Assembly (NCBI GenBank): GCA_964647565.1
Contig: CAZYIM010000018.1
Span: forward strand, 1 to 52,518
From: an uncultured Methanosarcinales archaeon
Lineage (GTDB): Archaea; Nanobdellota; Nanobdellia; Woesearchaeales; CAZYIM01
DNA length: 52,518 bases
Direction of reading: 5' to 3'
Numbering within the stretch: position 1 is the stretch's first letter; each line of letters opens with the position of its first letter. Below, one piece after another: positions 1-10,664 of this stretch. Position numbers and translations under genes: made by a program. The notes beneath the pieces are model-generated. The model saw only the letters and a program-made list of their open reading frames with translations, was not told where the DNA came from and did no database searches.

Positions 1-2
1 TC

Positions 3-188
3 TACACATCAGAGTTCTATGGAAGGAAACTGTTCATCTTCCAGGGCAAGGAACCTATGAAGATAAAGGATTATGCCCTTGTAAAAGTGCTAAAGGAAGG
101 GGATACTGGCCATAATAACATGATGAGGGAAGTCAAGTACAAGGAACTGACTACTGATGATAATTATTATGTCGGTAGAAGGTTGTGA
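3..188 (+). CDS. 3' end of a hypothetical protein (runs off the window start)
   Basis: Frame 3 is open from the edge (YTSEFYGRKLFIF...YYVGRRL) to TGA at 186-188. Confidence 0.6.
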   Translation, partial: YTSEFYGRKLFIFQGKEPMKIKDYALVKVLKEGDTGHNNMMREVKYKELTTDDNYYVGRRL

Positions 189-202
189 TCATCGCAAAGT
201 AT

Positions 203-1252
203 TTAATCCGAATCAGAAATATTAACAGGAATCAGTTTGTTATTGATTAATTCTTGATATATTATCTCTGCTACAACCTCATGTCCTTTTTCACTCAAAT
301 GATCATCACCAAGCGCCAACCCCAGATTTTCGCAGTCATGGTTTTCTAAATAATTCCCAAGCTCAACTAGAAAAGTATATTTCCTGTTTTCTTCATCCAT
401 GTGCTGCTCAATGAAGTCATTAGACTTACAGCTGACTAGCGAAGGGTGCTTGACGATGAGAAAAGGAATCTGCTCTTGTCTTAGATACTCTGCCACGTCA
501 TTTAAGGCTCTGCTTGTTTTTTCAATAGAAAGATAGTAAAAGGAGACATCCGGCTCTATGTTGATCTTCATCAGAAGATTTATCAGATGGATATTAAACA
601 GGCGGTAGGTCTTGTAGTTTCTCAAAAGAAAATTGTTGAAGGGAAGCTTGATGAGATAGAGTATTTGTTTATTCCAGGCAGCATATGAATAAAGCGAATC
701 ATTGATATCAATAATCTCGGTTGTTAGATGATCTTGGATGTAGTTACTATAGATTACCAGATCAGGATCAGATACTTTGACATGCTCTTGAAAAACCTCG
801 TATATCTCAAGAAGGTTATAGCCAGGTACAGCAAAATTAAGGACCTCAGACTTAATTGTACCCTTATTTAATTTATTCTCGAGCAGGCTGGAGAATATAA
901 GATCATTTGGAACATTTATACCCCTGGCTATCGAATCACCAATAAATATTATTCTGAATGTATTATTGGATTTTTGTTTGACTGTTCTCTTGAAATCAGG
1001 ATGGTAAAGGACAAGATCGTTTGTCAGAGTGATCTTCGGATCCTCTACGTATTTTTTGTTTCCAGCACTCAACATTATTTCCCGAGGAAAGGGAGTCTTA
1101 TTACGGGTGGAATCATTAAAAATAGCACCTCCAAGATCAATTACATATCCCTGATGACTGCTTTGATGCAGAAGGAGTTCGAGGATCAACAGGAATAAGC
1201 CAATAGAAGTCAGTAAACAGATAAGTTTGAATACTGTTTTCTTTGTTATCAT
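203..1252 (-). CDS. SGNH/GDSL hydrolase family protein, membrane-anchored
   Basis: IFIGDSIARG block I, NFAVPGYN block II, DDHLSEKGH block V, N-terminal TM helix. Confidence 0.85.
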   Translation of the reverse strand: MITKKTVFKLICLLTSIGLFLLILELLLHQSSHQGYVIDLGGAIFNDSTRNKTPFPREIMLSAGNKKYVEDPKITLTNDLVLYHPDFKRTVKQKSNNTFRIIFIGDSIARGINVPNDLIFSSLLENKLNKGTIKSEVLNFAVPGYNLLEIYEVFQEHVKVSDPDLVIYSNYIQDHLTTEIIDINDSLYSYAAWNKQILYLIKLPFNNFLLRNYKTYRLFNIHLINLLMKINIEPDVSFYYLSIEKTSRALNDVAEYLRQEQIPFLIVKHPSLVSCKSNDFIEQHMDEENRKYTFLVELGNYLENHDCENLGLALGDDHLSEKGHEVVAEIIYQELINNKLIPVNISDSD

Positions 1253-1310
1253 AACCCTACTTTTATTGGGTACTATTTATTTAAATGTTCCTGTCAGTTT
1301 TAGAAGAGAT

Positions 1311-1925
1311 CTATTTCAAGATAATGCCTGTCTTGATGCTCCAGATCAGCATGTCGAGTTCGTCCATGTCTATTTTTAATTGATTGGCAAAGATTTCTAT
1401 TTGTTTTTCTAGGTTTTCATATTCCTTTTCATTCTTTGGACGATTTTCTGTCTTGAAGACTCCTAAAGAATGCAAGGTCCTGATTATGTGAATGTCTATG
1501 ATGGCTAGATGTTTATAACCGATGTTCCTTAGGAAGTGGCTGGATTCTTTTAAACTAATTCCACAGATGTTTTTTACTAGCCATTGCCTGGCCTCTTTGC
1601 CGTCTTTTGGCAATTTTTTAAGGTCAGGGATATAGTTTCTTGCACAGACTATATTCCTTGCTTTGTTGTTGTGGAATCGGGCATATCCTTTGAGAAGATT
1701 GGACACTTGTTTAATTGAACCGTTGAGAAGGATGTCCTTGTTCTTTTCATTGACAACCTTCATAACCCTGCTGGCTTTGCTCATCGGAGTGCAAAGGCAA
1801 AAGCAGAGTTCAATGAATAATTCTTCAGCAGGTTTGTCTTGGAATTCTTTGAACTCAGCTAGTCGCTTATTTATCTTCTGTTTTCTCTTAGAATACTCCA
1901 ATTTAAGAACTGGGATTGTAAACAT
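1311..1925 (-). CDS. ogg: 8-oxoguanine DNA glycosylase / N-glycosylase-DNA lyase (archaeal Ogg type)
   Basis: ELCFCLCT, RFHNNKA, HhH region GISLKESSHFLRNIG with catalytic K, AIIDIHI with catalytic D, C-terminal LDMLIW...TG.ILK. Confidence 0.9.
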   Translation of the reverse strand: MFTIPVLKLEYSKRKQKINKRLAEFKEFQDKPAEELFIELCFCLCTPMSKASRVMKVVNEKNKDILLNGSIKQVSNLLKGYARFHNNKARNIVCARNYIPDLKKLPKDGKEARQWLVKNICGISLKESSHFLRNIGYKHLAIIDIHIIRTLHSLGVFKTENRPKNEKEYENLEKQIEIFANQLKIDMDELDMLIWSIKTGIILK

Positions 1926-1955
1926 GGTTAAGAAGATTAAATGCAGATTTAAAAA

Positions 1956-2989
1956 TTAATCTATTATCTTCAGAAAATTATCATAGCTTACCATCTGGAG
2001 AGCAGGTTGGTTTTTTTCTGCTGCTACGCTGTCTGGCAACATAGTATCTCTGTTATTCGGGCTGTTGAGACACATCTCGCGGATTGCCTTGATGTTCTTG
2101 TAGTCTGTTACTTTCAAAAGAGCCCTGTTTGAATGCTTAAGGCATTGCTTGTTGTATGCACCTGCCACAAAAATCTTCTTGTCTTTCAATTCTGATATAT
2201 CTGTATTTGAAGGTAATCTTCCTGAGTGATGTTTTGTAAAATAAACCTTGTCAACAAGACCATTTTCAAGCAATAGGCTTGTTGCAGCCGCATAATGTGC
2301 AGGGCTTTCAAATACCACGATATCAAACGATCCCTGGGAATATTTTTCAACAGGTTAAAGAATCGGGTAAGGTATGTGTCGAGCTCTTTTTTTACGTTAT
2401 TACTTTTTACCCTATCAAAGTCTGATAGTTGGAGATAGAATGGATGTGTGAAGGCGATAACAGTATCTGCCTTAGTGTTACCATTGAAATTATCCGCATG
2501 TTTATTGAAAAATCTTGTTATTTTTGAATCAACAAAATCATTGTCTTTGAGATCATCATTTATTTCGCTTCGAAAATTAAAGAACCTGTCGTTGAGTACG
2601 GGTCCGAGTTTATAATCTTCATTTGCACCGGGTATGATTTCTCGAAGTGCAGGATCATAAGTAGAATTTAATGCTTTGAAGCTCCTTATATAATTCAACT
2701 TGGTTAGATCAAGGGGAAACTCGATATTTATTTTCTTATTTATTGTACTTATGTCTGCTATTGAGATAAAATCATAAAGATCAATATTGAGTGTATAATG
2801 ATCAGTGCTTGTTTCAACAACAGATGTTTTATCAGAGGGGATAATAGTAGAGGTTAGTTCTATCTTTTTTGATTTCAGATCAGATTCCAATGTTTTTGTT
2901 TCTTTTTTGTCAATATTTCCTGAATATGCTATCCCTGTACCTAGAAGCAATGTTGATAAACAACCCAATAGCAGGTTTTTTAGCTTCAT
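1956..2989 (-). pseudogene. Third copy of a tandem secreted-protein family, split by a frameshift (ORFs 2186-2989 and 1956-2318)
   Basis: Matches the paralogues up to IPRDR, then continues in another frame (VFESPAHYAAAT...). One T is missing in CGT-TTT-GAT at about 2325-2327. Could be a sequencing error. Confidence 0.8.
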
Positions 2990-2990
2990 T

Positions 2991-3962
2991 TTAATTTATC
3001 ACCTTCAGAAAATCTTTGTATTTTATCATTTGCAGGGGTCCATCTCCTCCGCAATAAACTCTGTCAGACAAAAGATTTTTATCATCTCCATAAGGATCAT
3101 CCAGACATAATCCCTGTATTGCAAAAATATTTGAGTAATTAGTGATTTTAAGCAGCTCGCTATTTGAACTTTCCAAACATAGATCATTATACCCACCCGC
3201 AACAAAGAACACCTTACCTTCAAGTTCAGAAATATCTGTGCTCTTTGGAAGCCTTCCAGAGTGATCATCTGTAAAATAAACCTTGTCTATCAATCCATTC
3301 TCTAGCAGCAGGTTGGTTGCAGCAGCATAGTGGGCCATACCCTCAAAGACTGCCACATCAAATCTGTCTCTAGGAATTGTATGGAGCAGATGCACAAACC
3401 GCTCCAAGTATTGGTCTGTTTGCATTTTAAGGCTGTCTGTTGTTATATAATCCCAGCTTGAAAGATGAAGATAAAGAGGATGTGTAAACATGATAACTGT
3501 ATCTGCTTCTGTTTTTTTATTGAATATTGCTGCATGTGCCTTGCACTTAATTTTTATTGTTTTATCAATATAATGACTTGAAGCAAGATCTCTGTTGATA
3601 GGTTCAAGAAATTGAGCAAACCTGTCACTCAAAACAGGACCAAGATCAAAATTCTCGTTTGCATTGGGAATCATGACTCTTAGGGCAGGATCATAGTTCT
3701 TGAAATCAAGGGAATCGTTCGATGAATAGTTCCTTGCCTCATTTATAGCCTTAATTCTTATCTGATCATACATCATAGCCTTAGCGTCTTTAACAAGTTT
3801 AGCAGGATTAGAAATCACAAGCGGTAGTCTGCGGGTTTTTTCAAGACCGGGATAGAAGACCTCTAACTCATTCGGAGTCGTCACCTCTTTTTGGCTGTAG
3901 CCTATTCCAGTACCTAGAAGCAATGTTGATAAACAACCTAAAAGCAGATTTTTAAACTTCAT
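2991..3962 (-). CDS. Secreted hypothetical protein, tandem paralogue 2 (possible cysteine-hydrolase-like fold)
   Basis: Signal peptide MKFKNLLLGCLSTLLLGTGIGYSQ; motifs YDPALR, THPLYLHLS, HYAAAT, AGGYNxxCL shared with neighbours. Confidence 0.85.
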   Translation of the reverse strand: MKFKNLLLGCLSTLLLGTGIGYSQKEVTTPNELEVFYPGLEKTRRLPLVISNPAKLVKDAKAMMYDQIRIKAINEARNYSSNDSLDFKNYDPALRVMIPNANENFDLGPVLSDRFAQFLEPINRDLASSHYIDKTIKIKCKAHAAIFNKKTEADTVIMFTHPLYLHLSSWDYITTDSLKMQTDQYLERFVHLLHTIPRDRFDVAVFEGMAHYAAATNLLLENGLIDKVYFTDDHSGRLPKSTDISELEGKVFFVAGGYNDLCLESSNSELLKITNYSNIFAIQGLCLDDPYGDDKNLLSDRVYCGGDGPLQMIKYKDFLKVIN

Positions 3963-3963
3963 T

Positions 3964-4995
3964 TTAATTTATCACCTTCAGAAAATCTTTGTAGGATATC
4001 GCTTGTAAAGCAGGATTACTGTATCCAGAAGAAATATTATCAGGTAAAAGAGTTTCGTACGAATTTGGATGGTTTATGCACATCTCTTTTATTGCTATCA
4101 ATTTTTCATAATCAGTTATTTTGAGCAGAGCCTTATTGGTACCTCTTAGACATCTTCTATTATAACCGCCAGCAACAAAGAACACCTTGCCTTTAAGTTC
4201 AGAAATATCTGTGCTTTCTGGCAGGCTTCCAGAGTGTTCTTCTGTAAAATATACTTTATCAATCAATCCAGTTTCCAGTAATAGGTTTGTTGCAGCCGCA
4301 TAATGCGACTTGCCCTCAAAGAGCATGACATCAAATCTGTCCCGAGGTATTGTTCTCAAGAGATTTACAAATCTTTCCAGGTATTGGTCAGCCTCCTTTC
4401 TGATATTTTCCCTCCAAACATCAGCCCAGTCTGAAAGATGAAGATACAGAGGATGAGTGAACATAATTACAGTATCTGCATCTGCTTCTTGGTTGAATGT
4501 TTTTACATGTTTTTTGCATTCTTCTTTAAGATGTTTACTGGGATATTCTGAATGAGCAATGCAGTCATTAATATTTTTAAGATAGGGAGCAAATCTGTCG
4601 TTAAGAACTGGCCCTAGGTTAAAATCCTTGTTCGAATACGGGATCATGACTCTTAGAGCAGGATCATAGTTATCAAATCTTAAGGAATCATTTGAAGTGT
4701 AGTTTCTTGCCTCTTTGATAAATTCAAGTCTCGCAAGAGTATCCATTTCTGTCTCTTTAAAACCAGAGATTTTATCTCGAACAAAAAAGGGTAAATCCAA
4801 TATATAAGTTAGTTTTTGGTTAGGAGTGACGGTCTTATCTGTCTTTGTATGCACATGAAAATGATATAATTTTTTATCTTTGAGAACAGGACTTTTGATC
4901 TCTGAATCTAACTTAGGATTATTTTGGCCATAGCCTATCCCTGTACCTAGAAGCAATGTCGATAAACATCCTAAAAGGAAACTCTTTAACCTCAT
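3964..4995 (-). CDS. Secreted hypothetical protein, tandem paralogue 1
   Basis: Same signal peptide and motifs as 2991-3962; TATA-like element upstream at about 5027-5034. Confidence 0.85.
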   Translation of the reverse strand: MRLKSFLLGCLSTLLLGTGIGYGQNNPKLDSEIKSPVLKDKKLYHFHVHTKTDKTVTPNQKLTYILDLPFFVRDKISGFKETEMDTLARLEFIKEARNYTSNDSLRFDNYDPALRVMIPYSNKDFNLGPVLNDRFAPYLKNINDCIAHSEYPSKHLKEECKKHVKTFNQEADADTVIMFTHPLYLHLSDWADVWRENIRKEADQYLERFVNLLRTIPRDRFDVMLFEGKSHYAAATNLLLETGLIDKVYFTEEHSGSLPESTDISELKGKVFFVAGGYNRRCLRGTNKALLKITDYEKLIAIKEMCINHPNSYETLLPDNISSGYSNPALQAISYKDFLKVIN

Positions 4996-5105
4996 TTTTA
5001 TTACTTAGAAGTAGTTATATTTGTTGTTTATAAAGTTTTCGCTTTTTTACTACTAAAAAGGTAAAATTAAACCATAAAATAATTAGCCAAGAAAATCTTA
5101 AGTAA

Positions 5106-5501
5106 TCAAGGATATCTCTTCTTAAGAGCCTTCTCATCACCATACTCAACGAAATCCTTCTGGTGTTCCTGCTCCTTAAAGCCCTTCATCTTGGCATGCT
5201 GGATGCCGCACCAGTATTTTTCGGTAATGCCTGCCATGTCCTTTACGTAGTGTGCAAATCCATTTGCATAGCCGCAATAGGCACAGCCTATCTTCTGCGT
5301 CCATCGAAGGTACTTCAGCTTGTGCCTGTCCACTTTTATGTATTCCCAACGTTTCATGAGCGGCAGACCGCACAACGGAAAGCAGATATGATGGTAAATC
5401 TCGATAAAAACGTCCAGGATTACAAGAGGCACCAGAAGGATGTATATGAACGGCATCACAAGAAGGTGTCTCCACTTTCTATTATTCAGCTTGTAGTCCA
5501 T
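5106..5501 (-). CDS. Conserved hypothetical membrane protein with Cys/His motifs
   Basis: Hydrophobic N-terminus; ICFP, DRHKL, CAYCGYANG, YWCGIQH. Confidence 0.75.
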   Translation of the reverse strand: MDYKLNNRKWRHLLVMPFIYILLVPLVILDVFIEIYHHICFPLCGLPLMKRWEYIKVDRHKLKYLRWTQKIGCAYCGYANGFAHYVKDMAGITEKYWCGIQHAKMKGFKEQEHQKDFVEYGDEKALKKRYP

Positions 5502-5548
5502 GAAAGACCAATAGAAAAACTAGTATAAAAATTTTACTAAAAATAGCA

Positions 5549-6436
5549 TCAACCAAAATAGTCAGTGACCAGGGATTGGCCTGGCAGTATTGGCCGGGAA
5601 TCATAGCCCGCTTTTCTAAGTGTTTGTGCAAATGGAACTGAGAAACCGCAAAAAGTAAATATCTTTCTTGGCTTGCATTTCTTTACGAAGTGTAAGAGAG
5701 AAGGAAAGTCAGAGTGGTTGCTAAATGGAAAGGCAGCATCAAGGCCCATCTTAAACCTGTAAGCAGGATCTATGGCCCAACCCGAAACACCGACCTGGTT
5801 CAGCCTTGGATGGGGATCTCGACCTAAGAAGATATCTGCCTTCTTGTCCTCGTATTTGTATTTTAAGCCTAGAGCATCGTTGATCTTTTTCACATTTTCA
5901 GAGACCCTGAAAGGGATTTTCATATCATCCAGTAAATGAGCCACTTCCTGTGCCTTGCCAAATGTATAGGCATGTATTTGTGATTGGGGGTTATCCTCAA
6001 GATACTCCTTTAACTCTTTTACAACATTCTCAAACTTAGGAAATATATATCTCTCATGGCCAAATGTGGCATCGATGATCAAAGTGTCACATCTTTTTGG
6101 TTCTGCTTTTCCGCAATATGAATCGATCTGCCTAAAGTCGCTGGTGAAAAGTATCTTGCCTTCCTTGAAATAGAACATCTTGCTGCCCAAGGTATGGCCT
6201 GCATCAAGCATCTGCACTCCTTCGTGAGTATTGGCGAAATTAATGTTCTTCCTCATCTGCCTTACTGCAATGACTTTTTGGGTTTGGGCATCACAGACTA
6301 TTTTCTTCCCCTTGAAACGTGTTGGTAAATGATCATAATGAGCATGGCTGACTAGCACTGTCTCAGGGGTTTTCTTGTCATGGGATAATCTCATGTTAAG
6401 GAAGTCCAGGGCAAAGATATTGTCAACAAGAATCAT
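5549..6436 (-). CDS. Metallo-beta-lactamase / beta-CASP family nuclease
   Basis: SHAHYDH, AGHTLGS, FTSDF, IIDATFG, GKAQE, SNHSDF motifs. Confidence 0.85.
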   Translation of the reverse strand: MILVDNIFALDFLNMRLSHDKKTPETVLVSHAHYDHLPTRFKGKKIVCDAQTQKVIAVRQMRKNINFANTHEGVQMLDAGHTLGSKMFYFKEGKILFTSDFRQIDSYCGKAEPKRCDTLIIDATFGHERYIFPKFENVVKELKEYLEDNPQSQIHAYTFGKAQEVAHLLDDMKIPFRVSENVKKINDALGLKYKYEDKKADIFLGRDPHPRLNQVGVSGWAIDPAYRFKMGLDAAFPFSNHSDFPSLLHFVKKCKPRKIFTFCGFSVPFAQTLRKAGYDSRPILPGQSLVTDYFG

Positions 6437-6448
6437 AGAAAAAGAAAT

Positions 6449-6952
6449 TCAATCAACTGTATATAAAGATTTATGTGTTTGAAGATAGCTATTATTGATC
6501 CTTTTTTGCCACATAATACCGCCCGCCATTATTGCACAATAGCCAACCATCTGCATAGGATCCTTAAGACTGTCGACAAGCAGATGAAGTCCAACACCAA
6601 TACCTGTCAGCTTGGCATAGTTGGAGTTGACAGCTTTTTTCAAACCATTCAAAAGACCCTGCTTAGATGAAACACCATCCACAATACCCATGCCTGCTGT
6701 GATGCCACCTGCCCACTCAAGAGTGTGGGTTACTGACCTATGCGGCAGGGCGCCAAGTGTAAGATAATCCATATCAGGTGCAAATGCAGCAAACATGCTT
6801 AGCATGCCTTTTTTAATCATTGAAGCCTTGGGAAAATACCTTTCTGCTACGAATATGCCTGATAGAAGATGGTTGCCGATATCCAGAAAGAATGTTCCAG
6901 GATTATTGGCAATTGTTTCCCCGATATTCAAAATAGTATCCTCTAGTGACAT
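6449..6952 (-). CDS. Membrane-bound metal-dependent hydrolase (YdjM-like)
   Basis: H...PDMD...HRSVTHT...HLLVD motif set; start placed at MSLED. Confidence 0.7.
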   Translation of the reverse strand: MSLEDTILNIGETIANNPGTFFLDIGNHLLSGIFVAERYFPKASMIKKGMLSMFAAFAPDMDYLTLGALPHRSVTHTLEWAGGITAGMGIVDGVSSKQGLLNGLKKAVNSNYAKLTGIGVGLHLLVDSLKDPMQMVGYCAIMAGGIMWQKRINNSYLQTHKSLYTVD

Positions 6953-7048
6953 GTTGGTTGGAAGAAACATATAGCATATAAAGATTTCTCTACTCTAGAG
7001 GAGTTCAGTCTACAAAGGTTTAAATAGAATTAATTATTTTAAAATCAT

Positions 7049-7618
7049 ATGAACTTCACAACTGATGTCGTATTGCTAATAGACTATATGCCAAGATCTG
7101 AGGAGATAAATCCTCACTTTGCGACAAGGATCTTTGCAAGGCCAGGCCTTAAGAACGGTGCTGTCGGCTCATTGACAGGCTTGCTTAGAAAGACCTCGCA
7201 CAAGAACGAGGTTGCAGCTGCAAAAGAAAGAAGGGATGATGATTTTGTTATGGAAAACTATCTTGCAGAAGAAAATTTCATCGAGAAACTCAGGCCTAAA
7301 GTTTATCTTTACGATGGTTTTGCAGACACCTCCCACCTGATCTCTTGGCAGGATGTACCATTTGTAAAGGCAATCTATAAAGGCTGCTTCTCTATCGGCA
7401 TCAAATATGCAATGGCTGATGAAGTTTTCCAGGTCAATGTTGATGGCCTACATAGACATACAGAAGTAGGCGCTCTTGTTAACATTCCAAAAAGGCCCTC
7501 AACTGTGTTTGTAGAACCTGAAGGTTATGCTAAGCTGCCAAGTTATGCTGAATTCAATAGGATCTGTAAAAAAGAAAGAAAAGATATATTTAAAATAAAA
7601 AATAAATCTATTTTGTGA
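7049..7618 (+). CDS. Hypothetical protein
   Basis: 189-aa ORF after a BRE/TATA element (AAAGGTTTAAATA, about 7014-7026). Confidence 0.65.
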   Translation: MNFTTDVVLLIDYMPRSEEINPHFATRIFARPGLKNGAVGSLTGLLRKTSHKNEVAAAKERRDDDFVMENYLAEENFIEKLRPKVYLYDGFADTSHLISWQDVPFVKAIYKGCFSIGIKYAMADEVFQVNVDGLHRHTEVGALVNIPKRPSTVFVEPEGYAKLPSYAEFNRICKKERKDIFKIKNKSIL

Positions 7619-8378
7619 AGGTTTCTATATTTTTTTTCTCTTCAAGCACTATCCTTTCTGTGTTATCCCCTGGCATCGATGGCCAGTTCAGGCAGATATG
7701 CCCGTAGTTATTGGTTTTAGGATCTGTATCAATAGTTTCTATCTTATGGGAATCAGCTGTTGATGGCTGCACCATGATGAAGTTGCCCTGGGCAACCTTG
7801 TACTGCTCATCACCTATCTTAAGGTTTGAAGCTCCTTCAAGGGTTATCCACATCTCTTCGATTGTGGTATGATGATGAAGCACTTCACCCTCTCTTAGCT
7901 CACTCATGAACCTGTCTGCAACTGCCAGAAGAGTTCCTTTCTTGGCATGCGTGTACCAACCAGACTCTACAGATGGTTTGAAAGGCAGGATTCTTGAATA
8001 TCTTGGAAATATGCTTATCTTTTGGTCTTCAGAAGTATATACGAGGTTGTTGATCTCAGACCTATCAACATTACCCATAATTTTCTCAAGTTCTGCATGT
8101 TCAGGTAGTACAGGCAAGTTTAACATCTCGAATGCATAGACTGTCTGATTTTCTACAGAAGGCACAAACTCATATTTTGTTTCTGGCCTTACCTTAAAAA
8201 CGCTTCTCGGAGGAACAATCATTTCTTGACCCCTTCTTTTAATCACTGCAGCCTCTAATGTATAGACTTGCATCAACATATTGTTGCCTTGGCCCAACTT
8301 CGAAGCTTCAACACCTTTGGTTATCCTTAAGTTGTTGTGTTCGAATTCCGGTTCTCTTAAAAAATCATGTTTTTTCAT
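7608..8378 (-). CDS. Cupin-domain protein (probable bicupin)
   Basis: HHHTTIEEMWITLEG and ...QGNFIMVQP...H cupin motifs; start placed at MKKHDF. Confidence 0.7.
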   Translation of the reverse strand: MKKHDFLREPEFEHNNLRITKGVEASKLGQGNNMLMQVYTLEAAVIKRRGQEMIVPPRSVFKVRPETKYEFVPSVENQTVYAFEMLNLPVLPEHAELEKIMGNVDRSEINNLVYTSEDQKISIFPRYSRILPFKPSVESGWYTHAKKGTLLAVADRFMSELREGEVLHHHTTIEEMWITLEGASNLKIGDEQYKVAQGNFIMVQPSTADSHKIETIDTDPKTNNYGHICLNWPSMPGDNTERIVLEEKKNIETFTK

Positions 8379-8441
8379 TTTGCCACCCTGGAACCAGAGA
8401 TTTAATATCACTTAAAAATGTTTCTACTACAGAATGAATAT

Positions 8442-8966
8442 TTATCTCTTCCACTCTTCTTTCAAGAGCCCATAGTGCATCTCATCAGACCATTTCTTGT
8501 TCTTATAGAACTGTTTTCTCAACCTGCCTTCAAGCTTGAAGCCTATCTTTTCTAGAACCTTGTTGGAGGCAATATTCAGATTGTCTGTGTCTGCCTTTAT
8601 CTTATGCAGTTTTTTTTCGTTGAAACCGAATTCCAGAATTCTTTTTGCAGCTTCGACCATATACCCCTTTCTCCTGAACTTCTTTCTCATCCAGTATCCG
8701 ATCTCACCAACCTTGAAATCTGTTCTCGGATCTATATGCAGCAGCCAGATCTCGCCTATAAACTCCCCGGTCTCTTTAAGTGTTATTGCAAAACCATAAC
8801 CGTCTTTTCGTTTCCAGAGATGATATATCCAGTACCTTGCTTTTTTTAATGAGTCGAACCTGCCAACTCTATGATTAGTTTTATCTTCACTGCATAATAT
8901 TGGCGCATAAGCTAGTCTATAGTTGCCTAATCTTAATCTTGGAGTCTCTAATGTAGGGCTTTTCAT
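8442..8966 (-). CDS. GNAT N-acetyltransferase, RimJ/RimL type
   Basis: LETPRLRL, GEIGYW, RRKGYMVEA, NIASNKVLEKIGF.LEG. Confidence 0.9.
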   Translation of the reverse strand: MKSPTLETPRLRLGNYRLAYAPILCSEDKTNHRVGRFDSLKKARYWIYHLWKRKDGYGFAITLKETGEFIGEIWLLHIDPRTDFKVGEIGYWMRKKFRRKGYMVEAAKRILEFGFNEKKLHKIKADTDNLNIASNKVLEKIGFKLEGRLRKQFYKNKKWSDEMHYGLLKEEWKR

Positions 8967-9056
8967 TCATTTTGATGTTTTTTTCAATATTTATCAAGCT
9001 TTCGGCCATTAATATAACTAAATTTATAAAGGATAACCACAGATTTAGGAGATACA

Positions 9057-9590
9057 GTGCGCATCATAGCGATTTGTGGTAGCCCAAGGAGCGGTAATTC
9101 TGATTGGATGGTTGAGAAGGTTGCAGAAGGTGCTGTTAATAAGGGTGAGTCTGTAGAAATGTACTACTTAAGGAATCTGGATATCAATAATTGTCTTGGT
9201 TGTGATGTCTGCTACAACAAGAAAGTTCCATGTGTGCAAAAGGATGACATGAAGGAGCTTTCTGAGAAGCTTGCCAAATCTGAGGGGGTCATACTCGGTT
9301 CTCCCAACTATTTCAAGAATGTCTCTGCTCTCATGAAGAAGTTCATGGACAGGACCAATGCATTAGTTGCTGTTGAGGCTTTGAAAGGCAAAAAGGCCGC
9401 AGTTGTCTGTGTCGGCGGACAACCGCTTACCAATACAGAACATTGTCTTAATGTAATGGAAGAGTTTGTCAGGGATCATGATATGGAATTAGTAGGTTCT
9501 GTGATTGCAAAGGCTGATGCTCCAAAAGAGATTATAGGTTCTAAAGCTATCGAGGATGAGTGTGTTAAGTTAGGGGAGAAGTTAGTCTAG
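9057..9590 (+). CDS. Iron-sulfur flavoprotein / NADPH-dependent FMN reductase family
   Basis: GSPRSGNS, CxxCxxC-x5-C, DDM, GSPNYF, MKKFMDR. Confidence 0.9.
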   Translation: MRIIAICGSPRSGNSDWMVEKVAEGAVNKGESVEMYYLRNLDINNCLGCDVCYNKKVPCVQKDDMKELSEKLAKSEGVILGSPNYFKNVSALMKKFMDRTNALVAVEALKGKKAAVVCVGGQPLTNTEHCLNVMEEFVRDHDMELVGSVIAKADAPKEIIGSKAIEDECVKLGEKLV

Positions 9591-9716
9591 GATTTCGGAA
9601 GGTTTCTGGTTGAGATAAAGTAATAGTTTTCTATTGTTGTTAGTTACTCAGAAGTAGTAAACTAACGAAAGATTTAAAAATAGTGACCCGTATCCCAGTC
9701 TAAATAAGGCGATATC

Positions 9717-10590
9717 ATGAATAATCCCCATACTACAGATGATTTCGACGATTTCCTAAACGAACTGGGCAATGTTGAACAGAAGAAGGCAGATCAATTT
9801 GATGATGGCCTATCAATACTCTATGATTTCTGGGCAAACCACTATAACAAGCTTGTTGAAAAGTTCACAACAGTAAACAATCTTTTTGATAAGATAGCAA
9901 GCAAAGTTTCCGGCTGGCACCATGTCCCTATGAAACATAAGAAACCAGACCACAACTGGTCAATACTTGATGATCGATACTGGCAACCAACACACACAAG
10001 AAGGTATAGGTTATACGATGCGCAGGACTCCAGAAGGCATATGCTTCTATGAACAAATTGCATATAACGGTGAAGATAAGGCGCCACATCCCTGTAAATA
10101 TAAGAATAAAGCTCTGACCATTGCTATCGGTCAAAGGTTCTGCAGCTTCGGAGAACATAAGAATGATAGCTATCCTCCAACTGCAGAAAGCGTTATTGGA
10201 GGTATCGGCCATGAAGAAGATCTTGGAAACCAGCCGTATGATGAAGATGCCTATAAGGACGGCAAGCTTTTAGGACTTGATGCATATTCAGAAAACACTC
10301 GTCTGAGACTCGCCGAAGGCGTACTTGACATGAATCAAAAGCTTCTTGATTGTAATCTGCTTTTCGAACTCTACAATGATAAAGTTGCTGAAGTACCATC
10401 AAGACTCCAAGTTCCCATCGGATCGATTATGAAAATTGATCTGGAAGGAATGGCCAAGCAGCTGTTCATGTGCTTGAATAAGAATGAACCCATTGATCTT
10501 GGTTCAACTGTCATAGCGCCAGAAGCTGCAATCGCTACAAACATCACAGGCTATCTTGATAAAAGCCCTGCTCAGCTCATCGGGAAGTAA
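9717..10590 (+). CDS. Hypothetical protein, probably one gene split into overlapping ORFs 9717-10052 and 9967-10590
   Basis: One promoter at about 9667-9680. The second ORF starts with TTG inside the first, and removing 1 nt near 9972 joins them. Confidence 0.45.
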
Positions 10591-10664
10591 AAAGAGTTTT
10601 AACAATAAGACTTCTACTCACGTCTATCTAAACTTTTATATATTTCCACCATTTTCTATTTCTT

